Assembly: GCA_944351375.1 (NCBI GenBank)
Contig: CALVPN010000001.1
Location: 1 to 42,321, forward strand
Direction: 5' to 3'
DNA from: an uncultured Bacilli bacterium
GTDB taxonomy: Bacteria; Bacillota_I; Bacilli_A; RF39; UBA660
DNA length: 42,321 bases
The notes under the pieces are model-generated. The model did not search any database, was not told where the DNA came from, and was given only the letters and a program-made list of their open reading frames with translations. The translations under genes were made by a program, and so were the position numbers. Shown here in pieces: positions 9,363 through 17,747 of the stretch; position 1 is the stretch's first letter; each line of letters opens with the position of its first letter.

Positions 9363-10274
9363 ATGAACAAGGAAATTAATGGTTTAGTTGTTAGTAAAAT
9401 TTTGTATGAAGAGTTAAATAAATATTTATTAAAAAAGGATATTATTCCTAAAATAGTTGATATTTCTATTGGGAATGATTTTGGGGGACAAATGTATGCT
9501 AAAATGAAAGAGGAAAAGATAACTAGTAATACATTAATTGATTTTGTTAGTGTTCATTTTGATAGTATGCAAATAGAAGAATTGGAAGATTATATAATTA
9601 GCATAAATCAAGATCCAACAATTACAGGTTTGATGATTCAATTACCACTACCTGATAATTTAAGGGCAGAAGAACGTAGATTGTTTGATATGATTGATCC
9701 TAAAATTGATGTAGATGGTTTAACTTCATTGTCAGCAGGAAACTTGAGTGTAGGTGATATATCATTAGTTCCTTGTACACCATTAGGAATAGATACTTTA
9801 TTAAAAGTTTATGATGTTTCTTTAGAAGGTAGGAAGGTTGCTATTATTAATCGTAGTAATATTGTAGGTAAACCACTTGCCCAGTTAATGTTAAGAAATA
9901 ATGCGACTCCTATAATTTGTCATTCTAAGACTAATAATCTTTCTAAAGTAACAAGTGATTGTGATATTGTAGTAGCTGCTTTAAATAAGCAAGAATTTAT
10001 TACAGCAGACTATATTAAAGATGGGGCAGTTGTAATTGATGTAGGAGTTCATAAAAATAAAGAAGGAAAAACAGTTGGTGATGTAGAGTTTGATGGAGTG
10101 TATAAAAAAGCATCTTTAATAACGCCACCAATCGGTGCAGTAGGACCTATGACAATTTGTATGCTAGCTTATAATGCTGCTAAAAGTGTTTATGGAAAAG
10201 AGATTGATAATCTTTTAGAAGAAGGAATTATGAAAGCTAAAGGGTTAATTAAAACAAAAAATAGAAACCTATAA
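9363..10274 (+). CDS. folD: Bifunctional 5,10-methylene-THF dehydrogenase/cyclohydrolase
   Basis: Typical FolD blocks: GLMIQLPLP, DVDGL, CTPLGI, INRSNIVGKPLAQLML, PPIGAVGPMTI. Confidence 0.92.
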   Translation: MNKEINGLVVSKILYEELNKYLLKKDIIPKIVDISIGNDFGGQMYAKMKEEKITSNTLIDFVSVHFDSMQIEELEDYIISINQDPTITGLMIQLPLPDNLRAEERRLFDMIDPKIDVDGLTSLSAGNLSVGDISLVPCTPLGIDTLLKVYDVSLEGRKVAIINRSNIVGKPLAQLMLRNNATPIICHSKTNNLSKVTSDCDIVVAALNKQEFITADYIKDGAVVIDVGVHKNKEGKTVGDVEFDGVYKKASLITPPIGAVGPMTICMLAYNAAKSVYGKEIDNLLEEGIMKAKGLIKTKNRNL

Positions 10275-10278
10275 GTTC

Positions 10279-11952
10279 CTATTTTTTTATATCTAAAATT
10301 ATTGGTAAGATAAGTGGTCTTCTACCTGTTAAATTCATAATGAATGGTATTAAATCTAGACTTAGTTGATTTTTAATATCAGTAAATGTTGCTTTTTTAT
10401 CTTTTAGTTTTTCGTTAATAACATTAGTTGCTTCTTTTTCAATTTTTTTAATTAATTCTTCATTTTCATTTACTAAAACAAATCCTCTTGTTGTGATATT
10501 AGTCTTTGTTAATAATGTTCTTGTTGTAGAATTAATATTGGCAATGACTACTAAAATTCCATCACCTGCCATTATTTTTCTATCTCTAATGACAGCACTA
10601 CCAACTTCACCAATTCTAGAACCATCTACATAAATATCATTATTAGGGTAACTATCACCTTTTGTTATTTTGTGATTATTTAAAATTAGACTGTCACCAT
10701 TTTTCAATATGAAAGTATTTTCTTTAGGTATACCACAATCTATTCCAAGATTAGCATGTTGTTTTAACATTCTATAATCTCCATGGAATGGCATTAAGTA
10801 TTTAGGTTTTAAAAGTCTTATCATTAGCTTTAATTCTTCTTGGTTGGCATGACCTGAAGTATGTAAATTGTTCATAGTCATGTTAGTAAAAACTTTAACC
10901 CCTTTTAAATATAACTTATTAATTGTTTTATGGATACTTAAAGCATTACCAGGGATAGCACTTGATGAGAAAATTACAATATCATCTGGTCTTAATTTTA
11001 TTTGTTTGTGGGTTCCATCTGCTATTCTTGATAGAGCAGCAAGGGGTTCTCCTTGGGAACCAGTACAAAGGATTGTTACTTCTCCAGGTTTTAGGGTATT
11101 TGCAACTTCTGGTGTTACTAATAATTCTTTATGGTCAATATATCCACCTTTAATGGAGATATCAATATTATTTTCCATACTACGACCGAAGACACATATT
11201 TTTCTACCATGTTGATAACAAGATTCAAATATATGCTTTAATCTATAAATATTAGAAGCGAAAGTTGCGATTATAATACGATTATATTTGTATTTATCAA
11301 AAATATCAATGATAGCATCATCTACTCGTGATTCACTAATTGACATTCCTTCGTTTAGAGCATTAGTACTATCACTTATTAATAAATCTACTCCTTCTTC
11401 ACCAATTTTAGCCATCTTATATAAATCTGCCATTGGTCCAATAGGAGTAAGGTCAAACTTAAAATCTCCTGTTGTTATAATTCTTCCATTTGGTGTATTT
11501 ATACAGATACCGTGAGAGTCAGGGATAGAGTGAGTTGTTCTAATGAACTCTACTTCCATATGCTTAAATTTTAATTTTGTGTTTTCATCGTATGCAAATA
11601 AATTATCATATCTAATATTTCTGTCTTCTAATTTTAATTTAATTAATTCTTTAGCTTGATTAGGTGCATAGATAGCAGGAATATTAACACTTTGTAATAA
11701 AAAAGGTATTGCTCCTATATGGTCTTCATGACCATGGGTAATTAAAAGTGCCTTAATTTTATCTTCGTTTTCTTGTAAAAATGAGTAATCTGGAAGGACA
11801 TAATCTATACCTAAAAGTTCTCCTTCTGCAAAAGATACTCCCGCGTCTATAACAATAATTTCATCTTCATGCATTACACAATACATGTTTTTTCCTACTT
11901 CTCCTAAGCCACCTAAAACAATTATTTTTGTTTCGTTTGACTTTTTATTCAT
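10279..11952 (-). CDS. rnj: Ribonuclease J
   Basis: 557 aa. Beta-CASP metallo-beta-lactamase: VLGGLGEVGKNMY, ITHGHEDHIG, SGHA. Typical RNase J length. Confidence 0.93.
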   Translation of the reverse strand: MNKKSNETKIIVLGGLGEVGKNMYCVMHEDEIIVIDAGVSFAEGELLGIDYVLPDYSFLQENEDKIKALLITHGHEDHIGAIPFLLQSVNIPAIYAPNQAKELIKLKLEDRNIRYDNLFAYDENTKLKFKHMEVEFIRTTHSIPDSHGICINTPNGRIITTGDFKFDLTPIGPMADLYKMAKIGEEGVDLLISDSTNALNEGMSISESRVDDAIIDIFDKYKYNRIIIATFASNIYRLKHIFESCYQHGRKICVFGRSMENNIDISIKGGYIDHKELLVTPEVANTLKPGEVTILCTGSQGEPLAALSRIADGTHKQIKLRPDDIVIFSSSAIPGNALSIHKTINKLYLKGVKVFTNMTMNNLHTSGHANQEELKLMIRLLKPKYLMPFHGDYRMLKQHANLGIDCGIPKENTFILKNGDSLILNNHKITKGDSYPNNDIYVDGSRIGEVGSAVIRDRKIMAGDGILVVIANINSTTRTLLTKTNITTRGFVLVNENEELIKKIEKEATNVINEKLKDKKATFTDIKNQLSLDLIPFIMNLTGRRPLILPIILDIKK

Positions 11953-12043
11953 TATTTCTCCTTTCTTTTATTTAAAACCTCGAAGAACTAACCGATATAG
12001 ATTATACACTATTTTTTTTGTTTTGTCTATTACTAAAAAAACA

Positions 12044-12072
12044 TTGACTTTATTAGGAAACACTGCTATAAT
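12044..12072 (+). promoter_or_regulatory. SigA promoter for rplM-rpsI (TTGACT-17-TATAAT)
   Basis: TTGACT 12044-12049, 17-nt spacer, TATAAT 12067-12072. Confidence 0.7.
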
Positions 12073-12078
12073 TTTAAT

Positions 12079-12150
12079 CGGTACATTTTATATCCCCACT
12101 AAAACTTAGACTGTGGGAAAGTTTAAGTTATTTAGTAAAGGAGAAAAATT
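12079..12150 (+). promoter_or_regulatory. Possible L13 ribosomal-protein leader
   Basis: The 5' UTR holds a CCCAC...GTGGG hairpin (~12094-12118) just before the SD. This position matches the Firmicute L13 leader. I cannot check the covariation model by eye. Confidence 0.35.
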
Positions 12151-12579
12151 ATGAAAAGTTATATGCAAAAGAAAGAAACAGTAGAGAGAAAATGGTACGT
12201 TATCGATGCTGAAGGTAAACCTTTAGGTCGTGTGGCTAGTAAGGCTGCTCATATCTTACGTGGTAAGCATAAAGCTACTTATACACCTCATATTGATTGT
12301 GGTGACTATGTAATTATTGTTAATGCTTCTAAAGTTTTACTTACTGGTAATAAGTTAGAAGATAAGAAATATTATAGTCATTCTCAGTATCCAGGTGGAT
12401 TAAGAACTAGAACTGCAAAAGAAATGATTGAGAAGTATCCTGAAGAAATGGTTGAGAAAGCTGTTAAAGGAATGTTACCAAAGAATCGTTTAGGTAGAGC
12501 AATGTATAAGAAACTATTTGTATATGCAGGTAGTGATCATAAACATATGGCTCAAAAACCTAGCGAGATGGATGTATAG
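12151..12579 (+). CDS. rplM: 50S ribosomal protein L13
   Basis: [16 protein letters not shown]...LRGKHK..YTPH.DCGD.VI.VNA signature. 142 aa. Confidence 0.97.
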   Translation: MKSYMQKKETVERKWYVIDAEGKPLGRVASKAAHILRGKHKATYTPHIDCGDYVIIVNASKVLLTGNKLEDKKYYSHSQYPGGLRTRTAKEMIEKYPEEMVEKAVKGMLPKNRLGRAMYKKLFVYAGSDHKHMAQKPSEMDV

Positions 12580-12591
12580 GGAGGTTAAATT

Positions 12592-13014
12592 ATGGCAGAT
12601 AAGAAAAAAGTATATACTGGAACTGGTAGAAGAAAAACTAGTGTTGCAAGAGTAAGACTTACAGCAGGAACTGGTAAAATTACTATCAATGGTCGTGATG
12701 TTAATGAATATTTCCCATATCCAACTTTAGTTATGGATTTAACTCAACCACTTGATGTTACTAATACTCGTGAAATGTTCGATGTTGATGCAGATGTAAC
12801 TGGTGGAGGATTTTCTGGTCAAACTGGTGCAGTTAGATTAGGAATTACTAGAGCATTATTAGAGTATGATGCATCTACTCCAGCAGATTCTGAGAATAGT
12901 TTCCGTAAGATATTAAAAGCTGAAGGATTTATTACTCGTGATGCACGTAAGAAAGAACGTAAGAAACCAGGTCTTAAGAAAGCTAGACGTGCTCCACAAT
13001 TTAGTAAACGTTAA
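12592..13014 (+). CDS. rpsI: 30S ribosomal protein S9
   Basis: [14 protein letters not shown]..., GGG.SGQ.GA.R.GI.RAL, C-terminal [12 protein letters not shown]. Confidence 0.97.
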   Translation: MADKKKVYTGTGRRKTSVARVRLTAGTGKITINGRDVNEYFPYPTLVMDLTQPLDVTNTREMFDVDADVTGGGFSGQTGAVRLGITRALLEYDASTPADSENSFRKILKAEGFITRDARKKERKKPGLKKARRAPQFSKR

Positions 13015-13026
13015 TCTATTGTTTCT

Positions 13027-13058
13027 AAAGTACTGTTTAATCAGTACTTTTTCTTTTT
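13027..13058 (+). terminator. Intrinsic terminator after rpsI
   Basis: AAAGTACTG (13027-13035) pairs with CAGTACTTT (13042-13050), followed by a T-run. Confidence 0.75.
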
Positions 13059-13114
13059 GTATAGATTTTGATATTTGTTTGTGTTATTATATTCTTACAG
13101 GAGGTAACGGGCTT

Positions 13115-13822
13115 ATGAGAATATATGTATATTTAGATGAAAGTGGTTCTATTCATAAAAATAGTAAGACGAAATATTTTGCAGTTGGTGGTTATTTTAC
13201 ATTGGTAAAAGATAAAAACAAAATAACATCAAAATATAAGAAGATAAATAAATCTATTAAAGACAGGAAAAAAATTGATTTAAAAAAAGAAATTAAATCA
13301 TATGATATGAGTGATTTAGAAAAGATAGAAATTTTTAAAAGTATTCAAGATATTGATACATTTTATGGGTGTGCTAAAATATTTGAAAAGTCATCTATGA
13401 AAAAAGAAATTATAGCTTCTAATATATTTTTTAATTATGCAGTTAAATTGTTATTTATAGATTGTATATTACCATTACTTAATTTGGATCAATTAAATGA
13501 AAATATTGAATTTATATTAAGTGTAGACAACAGGAATATAAGAGTAGGTGATTTGAATAATCTAGAAATGTATTTAAAAACTGAATTTTGTTTAGAAAAC
13601 TTTAATTTTAAAGTAACTTATTATGATTCTGCTACTAATTATGGAATACAACTTGCTGATTTAATTGTTAATACATTTTATAATTCATATAAAGATAGAA
13701 ATATAGTAAAAAAAGTTTTACCTCATTTAAAGGAAAAGAATTTTAGAATAAGTTTATTTCCAGGTCATAAAATTAAGGGTAGAAATAAAAAAATTGAATA
13801 TACTAATAATGAGAGTATTTGA
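13115..13822 (+). CDS. DUF3800-family protein
   Basis: The ATG at 13115 is preceded by CAGGAGGTAA. The N-terminal IYVYLDESGS and C-terminal GIQLADLIVN are the two hallmark blocks of DUF3800 as I know it. The track ORF start at 12938 would overlap rpsI and is rejected. Confidence 0.72.
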   Translation: MRIYVYLDESGSIHKNSKTKYFAVGGYFTLVKDKNKITSKYKKINKSIKDRKKIDLKKEIKSYDMSDLEKIEIFKSIQDIDTFYGCAKIFEKSSMKKEIIASNIFFNYAVKLLFIDCILPLLNLDQLNENIEFILSVDNRNIRVGDLNNLEMYLKTEFCLENFNFKVTYYDSATNYGIQLADLIVNTFYNSYKDRNIVKKVLPHLKEKNFRISLFPGHKIKGRNKKIEYTNNESI

Positions 13823-13847
13823 CAATATATAAGTTTTATGTTAATAT
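13819..13847 (+). promoter_or_regulatory. Promoter-like element overlapping the DUF3800 stop codon (TTGACA-17-TAATAT with TGn extension)
   Basis: TTGACA 13819-13824, TG at 13839-13840, TAATAT 13842-13847. In an AT-rich genome this could be a chance match. Confidence 0.4.
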
Positions 13848-13852
13848 ATTCT

Positions 13853-13922
13853 CACAAGACCTGAGGTAGGTAGCTAAATGCTAAGCGTATGTTAAGTACG
13901 TTGCCCCTCAGGCATTTTTTGT
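13853..13922 (+). ncRNA. Candidate ~70-nt structured RNA, or an elaborate terminator of the DUF3800 gene
   Basis: Closing stem CCTGAGG (13860-13866) pairs with CCTCAGG (13906-13912). It encloses two hairpins: TAGC/GCTA (13871-13883) and AGCGTA/TACGTT (13884-13902). A T6 run follows at 13915-13920. This is the most GC-rich patch of the island. Confidence 0.3.
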
Positions 13923-13929
13923 TTATAAA

Positions 13930-13964
13930 AACAAGAATCTAGTTATAGTTCTTGTTTCTTTTTT
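13930..13964. terminator. Bidirectional terminator between convergent genes
   Basis: AACAAGAA (13930-13937) pairs with TTCTTGTT (13949-13956), with T-runs downstream on both strands. The stop codon of the 867-aa gene lies in the loop. Confidence 0.6.
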
Positions 13965-16546
13965 AAAATTTTTGGCATTGTTTCTTGTGATATTGGTAAG
14001 TCATATCTTAATAGCAATTCAATATAATCTGAAAATACTTTTTCTTTATTATTTGAATTATCTCTTATATCTTGAACTTTTTTATTAATAGCTTGTCTAA
14101 AAAACTTTTGCTTGTCTATATAAACAATAGGTATATTTAGTTGTTTAGCTGCTAAAATACTTTCTATTAAGTCATTTTCGTCTGTTGTGTTAAATATTAC
14201 TACACAATCCGGTTTTAATTTATTTATTTTTTCATTATTTATAACATTTCTTTCTAATATAACTTCACTATATCCTGTAGTTTCTTTATCTAAAGTATCA
14301 TTTAAACAATAATTACTAGTGAATTTTGTTACATTTATTTCATTTTCTTGTGATAATGTTCCCATGTCATTATGTAACATACCTAATAGAGATTCGTTTT
14401 CAAAATTAGTAAAACCAAAGATTACTCCTTTAGAAGAAGCACATCTAAAATTATTATTACTGATGTGACAACAACTGATAGTGTGATTAGTTTCATTTTT
14501 ATTTTCATTCCAAGACTTATAGTAATTATGTTCTTTTAATTCCATATTATTGACAGCATTAGTACTATGAATTAATAGGTTGAAGTCATCATTAACTTCT
14601 AAAGCAGTGAATTCTATATTATATAGTTTAATTTTTTTATTAGTTAAAGTATCTAATTTTAATAAATTGTTTTTAAAGTTTCTAATATAGATATCTTTTA
14701 TTTTTTCTTCTAGTTGAATACTTTCTCTTATTGTTAGTTCTGTGCTGTTTACTATTTTAAATAATTCATTTTTGTCTTTTGCTCCATTTATCTTGCTTAA
14801 ACAATTAATTACATTAATATATTTTAATTCATCATCATTAATTATTAACCTATCTAAATCTTTATTAAATTCTTTCAATAATTTTTGTACTTCAGCATTG
14901 GTTAGTTTATAATATCTTTCATAAAATAATTTCTTTAAACTTTCTATATCATTTTCTTCAGTTATTTTATTATCTAGATACTCGTTATATAGTTTTTCAT
15001 AGTTATTACTGTTTTCTTTAGATAATTTTAAGATTGGATTTTTTATAATATTATAGATTAGTACAGGTAATTCTTTATCTTCTATATTAGTTATGTCATT
15101 ATCATATAAAGTTTTTAAAACTATAAATAATTTATCATCAATTCTTTTTGTGCAGTTATATAGTATTTTTATTATGCTTTCTAATTTGTCATATATATAT
15201 TCTTTATTGTCTATTATATCAATTATTAAATTAGCATAGTTATAGTATCTGGTTAAAAGAAAAAAGAAAGATTTGTGATTAATTAGTTTGTTGAAATATT
15301 TTCTTTTAAATAAGTTTAGATTTGTATTAAGATAAAACTCTTCATTGTTTTGATACAATGAATCCATGATATATATTGGTTCTTCTGCTTCTTTTTTATC
15401 CTTGTTAATACTTATTATTAATTCTTTTAATTTAGTATATATAAATCCTTTTGATGGTTCCTTTTTTAGAAGTGGTAATAAGTTCTTTTTGGCATTTGTA
15501 GAGTTTAATTTATCATATAAAATTATGATATCTTTATCTGTTATATTTTTATTTTCTTTTAAGTTGATAGTATCATCGTTTTCTATAAAATCTAATAGTC
15601 TTATTATTGTATCTATAGATAAATCTAAAGTATTTATTAAATTACATTTTATGTTATTATCTTTTATTAATGGAAAGAACTTTAAAGTAATTTCTTCACT
15701 GTTCATATCTTTAATAAAGATATATTTTATAATATCAGAACCATTAATTATTGTATCTAATAATATATCTTGATAATTTTTCTTTTTACAGTATTCATAT
15801 TTCATTTTTTCATCTATAGTATTATTCTTTAGATATTCTTTTATATATGTTTCATCAAAGTCATCTAATAATTTTATTTTATATTGGTCTTTTAGATGAT
15901 TTAAATATTTCTTTTTTAACTGTTTATCTTTTAGAGAATGAATAATTAAATATTTATTGTTTTCATTTTGTTCGTTTTCTATGTATTTTATTTTTAAATT
16001 ATCATTTTGAAAAGATGTTATTACTTGTATTTTATATTCTTCTGTTTTTATATCATTTAGCTTTTCTTCTTTTATAGAATCTCTTAAGTTAATCAATATA
16101 ATTGCTTTTAATCTATCATCATACATTATAAAGTGTGATAACATTTCTTCTTGTTTGTCTTTATTTTGTATTATTATTTGAATTATATTGTTTAATAAAC
16201 AACTATCTTTATTATTTAGCTTGTTATTAAATAATAATGTAGTAATATCGTATTTATTTATTAAGGATTTAGTGATTTCTGTTATTATATCTTTATTATC
16301 TTTTTGTGATTCTAATAGTTCTATTAATAATTCTTGAGAATCAACAGATGTTACTATAAATTTAATTTTATCTTGCATATTTTTGCATTTTAGATAATCT
16401 TTTATATTTATTTGTTCTACAAGTTTATAAAATAGTATTTTTTGATTAGCAGTTGATGATAAAAATATAGATTCTAAATCATCTTTTACTTTATTTTTTA
16501 GTTTCTTATTTATGAATGATATAATTTTATTCTTCAAAGAAATCAC
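13943..16546 (-). CDS. Large ORFan protein (up to 867 aa; K/N/I/L-rich, no TM or signal peptide, no recognised domain)
   Basis: Uninterrupted 2.6-kb ORF. It has a consensus promoter and a strong SD upstream. The start is non-ATG: GTG at 16546 is part of the G-run, so in-frame TTG at 16537, 8 nt after the SD, is more likely. The C-terminal ~230 aa has a less biased composition (HTISCCHISNNNFRCASSKGVIFGF..., KPDCVVIFNTTDENDLIESILAAKQLNIPIVYID). Confidence 0.8.
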   Translation of the reverse strand: MISLKNKIISFINKKLKNKVKDDLESIFLSSTANQKILFYKLVEQINIKDYLKCKNMQDKIKFIVTSVDSQELLIELLESQKDNKDIITEITKSLINKYDITTLLFNNKLNNKDSCLLNNIIQIIIQNKDKQEEMLSHFIMYDDRLKAIILINLRDSIKEEKLNDIKTEEYKIQVITSFQNDNLKIKYIENEQNENNKYLIIHSLKDKQLKKKYLNHLKDQYKIKLLDDFDETYIKEYLKNNTIDEKMKYEYCKKKNYQDILLDTIINGSDIIKYIFIKDMNSEEITLKFFPLIKDNNIKCNLINTLDLSIDTIIRLLDFIENDDTINLKENKNITDKDIIILYDKLNSTNAKKNLLPLLKKEPSKGFIYTKLKELIISINKDKKEAEEPIYIMDSLYQNNEEFYLNTNLNLFKRKYFNKLINHKSFFFLLTRYYNYANLIIDIIDNKEYIYDKLESIIKILYNCTKRIDDKLFIVLKTLYDNDITNIEDKELPVLIYNIIKNPILKLSKENSNNYEKLYNEYLDNKITEENDIESLKKLFYERYYKLTNAEVQKLLKEFNKDLDRLIINDDELKYINVINCLSKINGAKDKNELFKIVNSTELTIRESIQLEEKIKDIYIRNFKNNLLKLDTLTNKKIKLYNIEFTALEVNDDFNLLIHSTNAVNNMELKEHNYYKSWNENKNETNHTISCCHISNNNFRCASSKGVIFGFTNFENESLLGMLHNDMGTLSQENEINVTKFTSNYCLNDTLDKETTGYSEVILERNVINNEKINKLKPDCVVIFNTTDENDLIESILAAKQLNIPIVYIDKQKFFRQAINKKVQDIRDNSNNKEKVFSDYIELLLRYDLPISQETMPKILKKKQEL

Positions 16547-16565
16547 CCCCCTTTTTTTGTTCTAT

Positions 16566-16594
16566 ATTATATCATGAGTTTGTTTATTTTACAA
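16566..16594 (-). promoter_or_regulatory. Consensus SigA promoter for the 867-aa ORFan (TTGTAA-17-TATAAT with TGn extension)
   Basis: Minus strand: TTGTAA (16594-16589), 17-nt spacer ending in TGA, TATAAT (16571-16566). Confidence 0.65.
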
Positions 16595-16646
16595 TTTTTA
16601 TTGTCATAAATTGTTAACAATATTTGTAATATGTTATACTAAACGT

Positions 16647-17345
16647 ATGAAAAAGTGTTTGAGTAATTTTGATTTAAAACTTATTGCAATTATTACCATG
16701 ACAATAGATCATATTGGCGTTGTTTTTGGTACACCTTTTTATAATTTGTTGAGAGCAGTGGGGAGACTTTCTTTTCCTATCTTTGCTTTTTTATTAACAG
16801 AGGGATATGTTCATACTAAGAGTTTTGGTAAATACTTCTTTAGACTTTTAGTGCTTGCTTTAATTTCAGAAGGTATTTATGATTATGTTTTTTATGGTAG
16901 TTTTATTTATTTAGGGGCAAACAATATTTTCTTTACTCTTGCTTTAGGACTTTTAACTTTGTGGTTATTAGATAAAAGTAAGGTGTTAGTAAAAAAATAT
17001 TTTAAAGAAAAGATAGATTTGACTATTATTTTGCCTATAACATATCTTTTAATTCTTGTTATTATTGGATTAATAGCAGAATTTTTGAATTTTAGTTATG
17101 GGATGTTAGGAATTCTTGTTATTAGTTTTTTCTATTTGTTTAAAAAGAACTTTCTTTTGTTTGTTTTATCTGTTAGTCTATCAACTTTAATACTTGGAGA
17201 TACAATGCAATACTTTTCTTTGCTTTCTTTAATATTAATTTATTTTTATAATAAGAAACTTGGTAAGAAATGTAAGATGTTTTTCTATTTATATTATCCA
17301 TTACATATATTAGTTTTAGGAGTTATAAAGATGCTTATAGGCTAA
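16647..17345 (+). CDS. TraX-family membrane protein
   Basis: Polytopic membrane protein beginning MKKCLSNFDLKLIAIITMTIDHIG, the typical TraX N-terminus. The ATG at 16647 is preferred over the TTG at 16611. No obvious SD. Confidence 0.75.
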   Translation: MKKCLSNFDLKLIAIITMTIDHIGVVFGTPFYNLLRAVGRLSFPIFAFLLTEGYVHTKSFGKYFFRLLVLALISEGIYDYVFYGSFIYLGANNIFFTLALGLLTLWLLDKSKVLVKKYFKEKIDLTIILPITYLLILVIIGLIAEFLNFSYGMLGILVISFFYLFKKNFLLFVLSVSLSTLILGDTMQYFSLLSLILIYFYNKKLGKKCKMFFYLYYPLHILVLGVIKMLIG

Positions 17346-17396
17346 TAATGTTTCTTTTCTTTTTCTTAGTCATAGACTATTTTAGAGGTGAAGTAT

Positions 17397-17747
17397 ATGT
17401 TAAATTTAACACTATTACAACAAATGATAGTTGTGGCAATCGCTCTTAGTGTTATAACCTGTGCTTTTATTCAGAAAACTAAGAAATATTTTCCTTGTTC
17501 TAGTTGTTTAGTTATTTATAACTTAGTAGTTAATTTTGTAGTAGGGACTTTATTTTGTATTACTTTTACAAGTGTAGATTTTCCTAATAGTCTATGGGTG
17601 TCTTTCTTTAGCTTTATTGGTGCTGATACACTTTATAAGTCTTTAGAGGGTAAACTTAAAGATTATTCATCTTTAGTTAATACTGATTATATTACAGTAA
17701 AGAAGTCTAATATTATTAATACAAAGACGAAAGAGAGGGATAAGTAA
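17397..17747 (+). CDS. Holin-like small membrane protein
   Basis: AGAGGTG lies 6 nt before the ATG at 17397. About 116 aa with 2-3 TM segments and a highly charged C-terminus (KKSNIINTKTKERDK). Its stop overlaps the ATG of the downstream peptidoglycan hydrolase (TAATG). The call rests on architecture, not homology. Confidence 0.5.
   Translation: MLNLTLLQQMIVVAIALSVITCAFIQKTKKYFPCSSCLVIYNLVVNFVVGTLFCITFTSVDFPNSLWVSFFSFIGADTLYKSLEGKLKDYSSLVNTDYITVKKSNIINTKTKERDK

Noticed and set aside
10868-12109. Four + strand ORFs (10868-11215, 10962-11153, 11288-11515, 11885-12109)
   Set aside because: All are antisense to the well-supported RNase J gene or its promoter region. Their compositions are typical of shadow frames.
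12938-13114. Upstream extension of the DUF3800 ORF (track start 12938)
   Set aside because: It would overlap the last 77 nt of rpsI and read through the rpsI terminator. A good SD and ATG at 13115 gives the canonical DUF3800 N-terminus.
13862-13873. TGAGGTAGGTAG resembles the let-7 miRNA seed region
   Set aside because: A short chance similarity in a bacterial hairpin. No biological meaning can be supported.
15366-15773. 135-aa + strand ORF
   Set aside because: Antisense shadow ORF inside the 867-aa gene.
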